Part shown: piece after piece, positions 10,149-17,526 of the stretch | How positions within the stretch are numbered: position 1 is the first letter of the stretch | Layout of the letters: each line of letters starts with the position of its first letter | Source of the DNA: an uncultured Megasphaera sp. | GTDB lineage: Bacteria > Bacillota > Negativicutes > Veillonellales > Megasphaeraceae | Direction of reading: 5' to 3' | Assembly: GCA_934193515.1 (NCBI GenBank) | Contig: CAKPVJ010000003.1 | Span: forward strand, 68,931 to 132,930 | Length of the DNA: 64,000 nucleotides | Notes under the pieces: generated by a model | Told to the model about the DNA's origin: nothing | Seen by the model: only the letters and a program-made list of their open reading frames with translations | Database searches by the model: none | Position numbers and translations under genes: made by a program

Positions 10149-10880
10149 ATGAAGCATAGGATTTACGTAGTAGGCATTGGCCCGGGAAAACAAGCAGGCA
10201 TGACCATTGAAGCACAGCATGTATTGGAGCAGTGTGACTGCATTGTGGGCTATAACACGTATATTAAACTGATTGAAGACCAATTTTCTCATAAAGAACT
10301 GCTCATGACCGGCATGAAAAAAGAAGTAGACCGCTGCCGCTTAGTGCTGGAAAAAGCACGGGAAGGCAAAACGACAGCGATTATTTCCAGCGGTGATGCC
10401 GGCGTGTACGGCATGGCAGGCATCATGCATGAAGTAGCTGCCGGATGTGACGATGTAGAAATCACCGTTGTTGCCGGCGTGACGGCTGCCTGCTCGGGAG
10501 CGGCTCTCCTCGGTGCCCCGTTGGTCAGTGATTTTTGCTTGATTTCCCTGAGCGACTTATTGACGCCGTGGGAAACGATAGAAAACCGCCTGGATTGTGC
10601 AGCTGCCGGTGATTTTGTCATTTGTCTGTATAATCCATCGAGCAAAAAACGGGCTGATTATTTGGAAAAGGCTTGTGATATTATTTTACGGCACCAGTCG
10701 GCCAGCACGCCGGCAGGCATTGTCCATCATATTGGCAGAGACGGCGAAACAGCAGAAATTACGACGCTGGGTCATTTGCGCAAAATGCAGGCCGATATGT
10801 TTTCTACTGTATTTATCGGCAACAGCCAGACGAAGGTATTGGACGGTAAAATGGTCACGCCGCGGGGATATACTGTATGA
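10149..10880 (+). CDS. cbiH: Cobalt-precorrin-3B C17-methyltransferase CbiH
   Basis: MKHRIYVVGIGPGKQAGMTIEA.. tetrapyrrole methylase; CbiH/CobJ family. Confidence 0.85.
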   Translation: MKHRIYVVGIGPGKQAGMTIEAQHVLEQCDCIVGYNTYIKLIEDQFSHKELLMTGMKKEVDRCRLVLEKAREGKTTAIISSGDAGVYGMAGIMHEVAAGCDDVEITVVAGVTAACSGAALLGAPLVSDFCLISLSDLLTPWETIENRLDCAAAGDFVICLYNPSSKKRADYLEKACDIILRHQSASTPAGIVHHIGRDGETAEITTLGHLRKMQADMFSTVFIGNSQTKVLDGKMVTPRGYTV

Positions 10881-11632
10881 AACGGGCCGTTTGGATTGTC
10901 GGCGGCACGACAGAAGGCAGGCTGCTGACGACCTATATCAGCCAGTTTGATGTATCGCTGCATGTATCCGTAGCTACGGCGTACGGCGCCTCTCTGCTGC
11001 CGAAAAGAGAAAATATTACTGTCTATGCGAAGCGAATGGAAGAACTGGATATGGAAGCCTTTTTGCAGCAGCAGCAAATCCAGCTGGTGATTGATGCGAC
11101 TCATCCGTACGCTGCGGCTGTGACGGCGCATGTACAGGCGGCCTGCGCGGCTCAACAGGTTGCCTATTGGCGTGTCGTGCGGCCTGAAGATACGTATACG
11201 GACTGCGTGACTGTCGATACAATGGAAGAAGCTGTCGATGTTCTAAGTCATACGACAGGGGCCATCTTTTTGACAACAGGCAGCAAAAACCTGGATGTAT
11301 TTACACAGATACCTGAATATACCAAGCGGGTATATGCCCGTATTCTGCCGACGATGATGTCACTGAAACGGGCATTGGACCTGGGCTATGAGCCATCTCA
11401 CTTGATTTGCATGCAGGGCCCTTTTTCTGTGCCGCTTAATACCGCCATGTTTTCTCAGTATAAAGCGGCCTATGTCGTTACCAAAGATTCCGGTAAGCCG
11501 GGCGGCTTTGCAGAAAAAGTCACAGCAGCCCGCAGCGCCGGTGCTGCGCTCATTGTCATCAAACGGCGGACGGAGCAGGGCCGTTCTTTGGAAGATATCA
11601 AACAGGCATTTCAGCGATGGTACAAGGAGTGA
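10877..11632 (+). CDS. cbiJ: Cobalt-precorrin-6A reductase CbiJ/CobK
   Basis: About 250 aa; N-terminal Rossmann-like VWIVGGTTEGR; CobK family. Lies between cbiH and cbiET. Confidence 0.7.
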   Translation: MKRAVWIVGGTTEGRLLTTYISQFDVSLHVSVATAYGASLLPKRENITVYAKRMEELDMEAFLQQQQIQLVIDATHPYAAAVTAHVQAACAAQQVAYWRVVRPEDTYTDCVTVDTMEEAVDVLSHTTGAIFLTTGSKNLDVFTQIPEYTKRVYARILPTMMSLKRALDLGYEPSHLICMQGPFSVPLNTAMFSQYKAAYVVTKDSGKPGGFAEKVTAARSAGAALIVIKRRTEQGRSLEDIKQAFQRWYKE

Positions 11633-11639
11633 TTATATC

Positions 11640-12848
11640 ATGCATGTCTATATCATTGGCATAGGGCCGGGCCACCCGGACTTGCTCACCATAGAAGCGA
11701 GAAAGGCGATTGCAGCAAGCAGCATCCTTGTCGGGGATAAACGCATGCTGCAGTTTTGGGATAGTGCAGCCAAGGAAGTACACGAAACGTACAAGCCGTC
11801 GGAAATCCGCCGTATTGCCGCATCCCATGCTGCTAAGACGGACAAGATGGCAGTTCTCGTATCCGGTGATGTCGGCTTTTTTAGTTTGGCAGAGCTGCTG
11901 CGCGATATTCCCGGATGCATTGTTACGCGGATTCCTGGTATCAGCAGCCTAGTGTATTTTGCAGCCAAACTGCAGATTCCCTGGCAGGATGCGTATATTA
12001 TCAGTCGGCACGGACGCCAGGCGCCGCTGGTCTGGGCCGTGCAGTGCCATCCTAAAGTGTTTTGCCTGACCGGCGGCGAAGATTCCGTGTCGGCGTTGTG
12101 TCAGGAACTTTGCCGATATGGACTGCAGGAGATATACGTGCAGGCTGGCATCGATTTGTCATATCCGCAGGAACGGATTGTTTCCGGTACTGCTGCGCAG
12201 CTGGCACAGCAGAAGCTGCAGGGACTAGCTGTTATGATGATACAGAATAACCGGGCCGCACGTCGGCCGCTGCCGCTTCATGGGCTCGATGACAGCCGTT
12301 TCCTGCGGGGCCGTGCGCCCATGACGAAGCAGGAAATCCGTTGTATCGCCATATCCAAGCTGCAGCCGCAGCCCGATGATACGATTTATGACGTAGGTGC
12401 CGGTACGGGTTCTTGTTCCATAGAGCTGGCTATGCAGGTGCCGTGGGGCCATGTCTATGCCATGGAAATCAACCAAGAGGCCCTGCAGGTGCTGCAGCAA
12501 AATAAAGAACAGTTTGCCGTCAGCCAACTGACTATCGTACCGGGTGATGCGGCTGATACCATACAGGCTCTGCCTGTGCCGCAGCGGGTCTTTATTGGCG
12601 GCACCAAAGGCAGACTGGAGCCTATTTTAGATAAGATTTACAAAAAAAATCCCTGCTGCATCGTCGTGATGACGGCCATCACTGTAGAAACGTTGGCAGC
12701 CGTGACGGCATATTATGCCCGACAAGCAGGGTATACGCTGGATATTACCCAGGTCAGCATTGCCAAAAGCAAAGCCGTAGGCACGTATCATATGATGATG
12801 GGACAAAACCCGATTTATATTTTGTCTGCGTACCCAAAGGAGAAATAA
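11640..12848 (+). CDS. cbiET: Fused CbiE/CbiT cobalt-precorrin-6B/7 C5,C15-methyltransferase (decarboxylating)
   Basis: Internal ATG 11640 (MHVYIIGIGPGHPDLLTIEA..) gives the CbiE methylase domain, then a CbiT-like SAM-MTase (DVGAGTGSCSIELA). The in-frame upstream extension from 11472 overlaps cbiJ and is rejected. Confidence 0.8.
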   Translation: MHVYIIGIGPGHPDLLTIEARKAIAASSILVGDKRMLQFWDSAAKEVHETYKPSEIRRIAASHAAKTDKMAVLVSGDVGFFSLAELLRDIPGCIVTRIPGISSLVYFAAKLQIPWQDAYIISRHGRQAPLVWAVQCHPKVFCLTGGEDSVSALCQELCRYGLQEIYVQAGIDLSYPQERIVSGTAAQLAQQKLQGLAVMMIQNNRAARRPLPLHGLDDSRFLRGRAPMTKQEIRCIAISKLQPQPDDTIYDVGAGTGSCSIELAMQVPWGHVYAMEINQEALQVLQQNKEQFAVSQLTIVPGDAADTIQALPVPQRVFIGGTKGRLEPILDKIYKKNPCCIVVMTAITVETLAAVTAYYARQAGYTLDITQVSIAKSKAVGTYHMMMGQNPIYILSAYPKEK

Positions 12849-14237
12849 ATGAAGCAAGCAGCCATTCCGCGCATACTCATCGCTGCCCCGCGCAGCGGCA
12901 GCGGCAAGACGACGATTGTCTGTGCCCTGCTGCGTGCTTGGCAGCGGCAGCGTCTTCATGCCGAAGCATTTAAAAACGGCCCCGATTATATTGATCCGAT
13001 GTTTCACTCCCAAGTGCTGCATACGCCGTCGCACAACTTGGATTTATTTCTGTTGGGGCGTGGGCATAGGGGAGAAGCCAATGTGAAATATCTCTTGGCG
13101 TCTCATGCGAAACAAGCAGACATTGCCGTGTTGGAAGGGGCGATGGGATATTATGATGGCATTGGCACGACGAGTGAAGCCAGTGCTTACGATTTGGCGC
13201 GGGCTACCCAAACACCGGCCATTCTTGTCGTAGACGGACGGGGTGCGGCTCTTTCCCTAGGAGCGCAGCTTCGCGGCATGGCTCAATTTTATGAGCCCAG
13301 TCATATTGCCGGCTTTATTGTAAACCATGTCAATGCCATGGTGTATGCCTATTTTCAATCGGCTTGGGAAAAGGCGGCCGGGATTCCTGCCCTAGGGTAT
13401 TTCCCGGATATGCCGGCATGCCGTTTTTCCAGCCGTCATTTAGGATTGATTACAGCGTCAGAAATTGCCGATTTGCAGGAAAAAATCGATACGCTGGCTG
13501 CAACGGCTGAAAAGACGCTGGACATTCCCGGCATCCTGTCGATAGCCCGTCAGGCACCGCCGCTTGCCTATGAAGAACCTCACTTTGCAAATATTGCTTC
13601 GGTTCGTATTGCCGTTGCCCGTGATGAAGCATTCTGCTTTTATTATGAAGACAGCCTGCATGTACTGGAACAGTTGGGAGCCGAGCTGGTCTTTTTTAGT
13701 CCTTTGCATGATGCGTCACTGCCGCCCTGCGACGGGCTGTATATTGGCGGCGGCTATCCGGAATTATATGCCGAAATCTGGGCAGCCAACCATACGATGA
13801 AACGGCAGATTTTTCAGGCGGTCCGCCAAGGTTGTCCTTGTCTTGCCGAATGCGGCGGCTTTATGTATATGCTGCAGGCGTTTCGCGATGATGCGAAATC
13901 CTATGCGGGCGTAGGAAGCATTGCCGGCATATCTCATATGACCCCGCGGCTGCAGCGGTTTGGTTACGTGACACTGACAGCACAGGAAGATACGATGCTT
14001 TGCCGGGCCGGCGAAACGATTCAGGCCCATGAATTTCATTATTCGGACAGTACCAACAACGGCACGGCATTTCTTGCGGCCAAAGCCCAGGGAAAACGCA
14101 GCTGGCCTTGCATCTACAGTCAAGGCCGCCTGCTGGCAGGATATCCGCATTTTCATTTTTTAGGCAATCCCGCATGGGCACGGCGTTTTGTGGTACAGTG
14201 TGATGCATACAGAAAGGAACAGCAGCATGAAAATTGA
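12849..14237 (+). CDS. cbiA: Cobyrinate a,c-diamide synthase CbiA/CobB
   Basis: N-terminal P-loop APRSGSGKTT and a C-terminal glutamine-amidotransferase-like domain. Confidence 0.85.
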   Translation: MKQAAIPRILIAAPRSGSGKTTIVCALLRAWQRQRLHAEAFKNGPDYIDPMFHSQVLHTPSHNLDLFLLGRGHRGEANVKYLLASHAKQADIAVLEGAMGYYDGIGTTSEASAYDLARATQTPAILVVDGRGAALSLGAQLRGMAQFYEPSHIAGFIVNHVNAMVYAYFQSAWEKAAGIPALGYFPDMPACRFSSRHLGLITASEIADLQEKIDTLAATAEKTLDIPGILSIARQAPPLAYEEPHFANIASVRIAVARDEAFCFYYEDSLHVLEQLGAELVFFSPLHDASLPPCDGLYIGGGYPELYAEIWAANHTMKRQIFQAVRQGCPCLAECGGFMYMLQAFRDDAKSYAGVGSIAGISHMTPRLQRFGYVTLTAQEDTMLCRAGETIQAHEFHYSDSTNNGTAFLAAKAQGKRSWPCIYSQGRLLAGYPHFHFLGNPAWARRFVVQCDAYRKEQQHEN

Positions 14238-14862
14238 ACATATTTTGCCGGCAGACATAGAAAAACGGAGCATGGAAATCATCGAAGAAGAATTGGGTGA
14301 AATCCAGCTGCCGGCGGCAGAAAAAAATATTATCAAGCGCGTCATCCATACGAGTGCCGATTTTGAATATGCCCGCACGCTGCGCTTCAGCCCGGATGCG
14401 GTGGCCAAAGGATTAGCAGCACTGCAGCAAGGATGCACGATTGTTACCGACACCAACATGGCCTACATGGGTATCAGCCAGCGGGGCTTGGAAACACTGC
14501 ACAGCACGAAAGTATGCTTTATGGCTGACGCAGACGTAGCCCGCATGGCCAAAACGCAAGGAACCACACGGGCTGTGGCCTGCATGGATAAAGCCTGTGC
14601 CATTCGCGGCCCCTTGATTATTGCCGTAGGCAATGCGCCAACGGCATTGCTGCGGCTTGACGAATTAATCCGGGCAGGAAAAATACATCCAGATCTTGTC
14701 ATTGGCGTACCCGTAGGGTTTGTCAATGTCGTCTACGCCAAAGAAATTATCATGCAGTCCGGCGTCCCCTATATCGTAGCCAAAGGCCGCAAAGGCGGCA
14801 GTACGATTGCTGCGGCCATTTGCAACGCGTTAATTTATACATTGACTCGGAAAAAAGCATAA
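14227..14862 (+). CDS. cbiC: Cobalt-precorrin-8 methylmutase CbiC/CobH
   Basis: Internal ATG 14227 (MKIEHILPADIEKRSMEIIEEE..) and CbiC family similarity. Last gene of the block. Confidence 0.8.
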   Translation: MKIEHILPADIEKRSMEIIEEELGEIQLPAAEKNIIKRVIHTSADFEYARTLRFSPDAVAKGLAALQQGCTIVTDTNMAYMGISQRGLETLHSTKVCFMADADVARMAKTQGTTRAVACMDKACAIRGPLIIAVGNAPTALLRLDELIRAGKIHPDLVIGVPVGFVNVVYAKEIIMQSGVPYIVAKGRKGGSTIAAAICNALIYTLTRKKA

Positions 14863-15163
14863 GATAAAAAATATATAACGCGTATGTTCTATTACAGGAA
14901 GATATGCGTTTTTGTTTCACTTCATCGGTATATATCATCCAGTATTTTGATTTATACGTACGCATATACGGGCATAAAAAATACGTGTAAACCTAGCAAA
15001 ACAGCCATTTTCAGCTGTACCAACTTTACGATGTAACGCGTTACCTTTATAGATAAGAATAAGAAGAGATAAGAAAAGAGAAGAAAAAATATATAGGTGT
15101 TATTTTTACCAAGATATATGTGACGTACTTTTTCTTTCTTTTTGATATAACCTATGGTACAAT

Positions 15164-15201
15164 AAAAAAAGAGATAGTCCGATGGTGGTACATCGGCTCT
15201 C
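15164..15201 (-). terminator. Bulged hairpin followed by U7 on the minus strand; probable 3' end of the toxin mRNA
   Basis: Minus strand reads GAGAGCCGATG-TACCAC-CATCGGACTATCTC then TTTTTTT. Confidence 0.35.
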
Positions 15202-15233
15202 CTCTATTGTTGTAATTTTGAAGAAGGCCGTGT

Positions 15234-15257
15234 ACCGCAAGGTATGCGGTTTTTTTC
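15234..15257 (+). terminator. Rho-independent terminator (ACCGCA-aggta-TGCGGT + T6) oriented for + strand transcription
   Basis: Perfect 6-bp stem plus a U-run. There is no + strand protein gene upstream, which fits the 3' end of an antisense sRNA convergent with the toxin gene. Confidence 0.4.
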
Positions 15258-15275
15258 AATTTATGTAAGAGTAAA

Positions 15276-15353
15276 TTACTTACGTACTGAAATAATCAGC
15301 ACAACTAATGTAGCAAAAGCTATCATCAAAGATAATGCTTCGTATACACTCAT
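15276..15353 (-). CDS. 25-aa hydrophobic peptide MSVYEALSLMIAFATLVVLIISVRK; candidate TxpA/BsrG-family (Hol-Tox) type I toxin
   Basis: Hand translation of the minus strand. Canonical SD AGGTGA sits 5 nt upstream of the ATG. The N-terminal M-S-V-Y-E-x-L-x-x-M-I-x-F motif matches B. subtilis TxpA/BsrG. It has a single TM helix and a basic tail, and is below the 60-aa cut-off of the ORF track. Confidence 0.45.
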   Translation of the reverse strand: MSVYEALSLMIAFATLVVLIISVRK

Positions 15354-15446
15354 GCTGATCACCTCGCTCTCGCAAGGAAAACCGAATACATCGAACTACC
15401 TCATATATAGTTTAGCAAATTTATGTTCGGACCGCAAGAGACAGGG

Positions 15447-15493
15447 GAACCATGGTTATATGTCGGTATACATATAATTCATGGTTCTTTTTT
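15447..15493 (+). terminator. Nested hairpin (GAACCATG..CATGGTTC) + T6, oriented for + strand
   Basis: 8-bp outer stem with an inner 7-bp palindrome (TATATGT/ACATATA), then TTTTTT. It lies just upstream (on the minus strand) of the toxin leader and just downstream of the corA 3' end. Confidence 0.3.
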
Positions 15494-15569
15494 GTCTTAT
15501 GGTATGAATAAAAAAAGCGTGTATGTTCCTTAGCGGGAATATACGCGCTTTATGTATGATATGTTTTTA

Positions 15570-16523
15570 TTAAAATAAATCTTTTCGCCACAGCATGGCA
15601 ATCGCTGCCAGGGCGCAAATGAGAGCGAGAATAATGATATAGAAAAAACCCATGGCGTTTTCTTGGAAAGGAACGGGGACATTGACGCCCCATAAGCTGA
15701 AGATAATGGTTGGTACGGCCAGGATAATCGTGATGGATGCCAAGAATTTCATGACCAAGTTCAGGTTGTTGGAGATGATGGAGGCAAAGGTATCGGACAT
15801 GCTCATGAGGATGTTGGAATACATTTCTACCATTTCGATAGCCTGTTTGTTTTCGATAATGACATCTTCCAGCAAATCTTCATCTTCTTCATACATTTTC
15901 AGCAGATGATGCAGGGAGGTGTTGCGCCGCAGCCGCATCAGGCGTTCCATAACGATACCGTTGCTGCGCAGTGCAGAGGTGAAGTACGTCAATGATTTCT
16001 GTAATTCCAGGAGCATAAAGAATTCTTTGTTGCGCATGGAATGCCGCAGGATTTCTTCGATATCGTCTGTGCGATGATTGATTTGCATCAAATACCGCAG
16101 GAAAAGCGTGGCGCTGCGGTAGAGAATTTGAAACAGGAATCGTGTTTTTTTGAATGTATAAAATAAAGGATATTTGTTTTGTGTAAAAGCCCGCATGACT
16201 TCCGTTGCCTGAATGCACAGGGTAATGATAAAGTCAGGCGTAATAAAAATGCCCAGCGGCAGTGTATCATAGCTGTCTGTTTCTAATATAATAGGAATAT
16301 TAATGACGACAAATATATAATTATCTTCTAATTCAACGTGAGAACGTTCTTCTGTATCCAGCGCGGTCTTCAGGACGTCAGTTGGGATTTCGGTGACCAT
16401 AGATACGAGCTGCAAATCTTCTGAATCAGGATTTACAACGTTGATCCATGACCCTTTTTCGGCAGAAGCCAAGGAAATATTGTCTTCCAAATGGCCATTA
16501 CTGTGTTTGTAAACTTGAATCAT
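15570..16523 (-). CDS. corA: CorA-family divalent cation (Mg2+/Co2+) channel with a GVN variant of the GMN signature
   Basis: 317 aa with a cytoplasmic N-domain and two C-terminal TM helices. The motif ..SLWGVNVPVPF.. sits at the position of YGMNF. SD GGAGAAG is upstream of the ATG, and a sigma70-like promoter (TTGACG-17-TATATT) is at 16583..16611. Confidence 0.75.
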   Translation of the reverse strand: MIQVYKHSNGHLEDNISLASAEKGSWINVVNPDSEDLQLVSMVTEIPTDVLKTALDTEERSHVELEDNYIFVVINIPIILETDSYDTLPLGIFITPDFIITLCIQATEVMRAFTQNKYPLFYTFKKTRFLFQILYRSATLFLRYLMQINHRTDDIEEILRHSMRNKEFFMLLELQKSLTYFTSALRSNGIVMERLMRLRRNTSLHHLLKMYEEDEDLLEDVIIENKQAIEMVEMYSNILMSMSDTFASIISNNLNLVMKFLASITIILAVPTIIFSLWGVNVPVPFQENAMGFFYIIILALICALAAIAMLWRKDLF

Positions 16524-16809
16524 TCCGCTTCTCCGTTTCCTCTTAGTTTTTGCGGGCTGTAACCCTAAATTCTAATATAAGCATAAATGGGAATCTCGTC
16601 AAGTGAAATACGAAATTTTACGAATTTTGCTTGTAAATTTATTGTAAAAAAGAAGCGCGGCGAGGGATGTTTCGACGTTCTTTCTGAGAAATCTTTTATA
16701 AATAAAGGGAATTTGCTATAATAAGATGTATTTAGGGTATAGCACGACGCAGCGGATACATGGCGGGAATGATGCCGTGTTCTGCACGGTGTGCGAAGGA
16801 GGATATATT

Positions 16810-17499
16810 GTGTTAGGTGTACTGATAAATGGGATTGCGTCATTTGCCGGCGCCGTATTGGGTGTATTGCTGAAAAAAGGCATTCCGGAACGGATTACGA
16901 AGCCGTTGTTTACGGCTATTGCCCTATGCGTCTGCATTATGGGTGTGCAGGGCGCAGTCAAGACGGAAAATTTACTTCTGCTCCTGGCATCGATGACGCT
17001 GGGCACGTTGCTGGGAACGATATTGCAGCTGGAAGAACGCATGCGTCGAAGCGGAGAATGGCTGAAGCATAAACTGGGAGCCGGCGGCGATTCCCAATTC
17101 GTTAAGGGATTTGTCATCGTAACCATTATGCAGGTCGTAGGCGCTATGGCTATTTTGGGCCCGGTGCAGGCAGCCCTGCTGAATGATTATTCCCTGCTGT
17201 ATTTCAAATCCGTGCTGGATGGTGTATCCTCTATTATTTTTGGTACGATGTATGGGATTGGTACCTTGCCGGTGAGCCTCGTCATTGTGGGCTATGAAAT
17301 GATTTTTTTTGTATTGGCCAATATGGTTTCTCCGCTGATGACACCGGATGTCATTCGAGAACTCAATGCCGTAGGCAGTGTTATGATTTTTGCTATTTCT
17401 TTGAATATGCTGGGCATAACGAAACTAAAAGTTGCCGATTATTTACCGGCTCTTTTTATACCTATTATATATTATCATCTCCTGGCGAGATGGTTATAA
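16810..17499 (+). CDS. DUF554-family integral membrane protein (YqgA-like)
   Basis: GTG at 16810 preceded by SD GGAGG. About 230 aa, polytopic. An extended -10 (TGcTATAAT) lies at 16714-16722. Confidence 0.6.
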   Translation: MLGVLINGIASFAGAVLGVLLKKGIPERITKPLFTAIALCVCIMGVQGAVKTENLLLLLASMTLGTLLGTILQLEERMRRSGEWLKHKLGAGGDSQFVKGFVIVTIMQVVGAMAILGPVQAALLNDYSLLYFKSVLDGVSSIIFGTMYGIGTLPVSLVIVGYEMIFFVLANMVSPLMTPDVIRELNAVGSVMIFAISLNMLGITKLKVADYLPALFIPIIYYHLLARWL

Positions 17500-17526
17500 G
17501 ATTTTCCGTGAAAGAGGAATACACTA

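Noticed and set aside
11472-11639. N-terminal extension of the cbiET ORF
   Set aside because: It overlaps the 3' end of cbiJ in another frame. The conserved methylase N-terminus (MHVYIIGIGPGHPDLL) begins at ATG 11640 directly after the cbiJ stop.
15244-15477. 77-aa + strand ORF in the AT-rich island
   Set aside because: It starts inside a terminator hairpin, has no SD and is low-complexity. It is antisense to the better-supported small toxin ORF.
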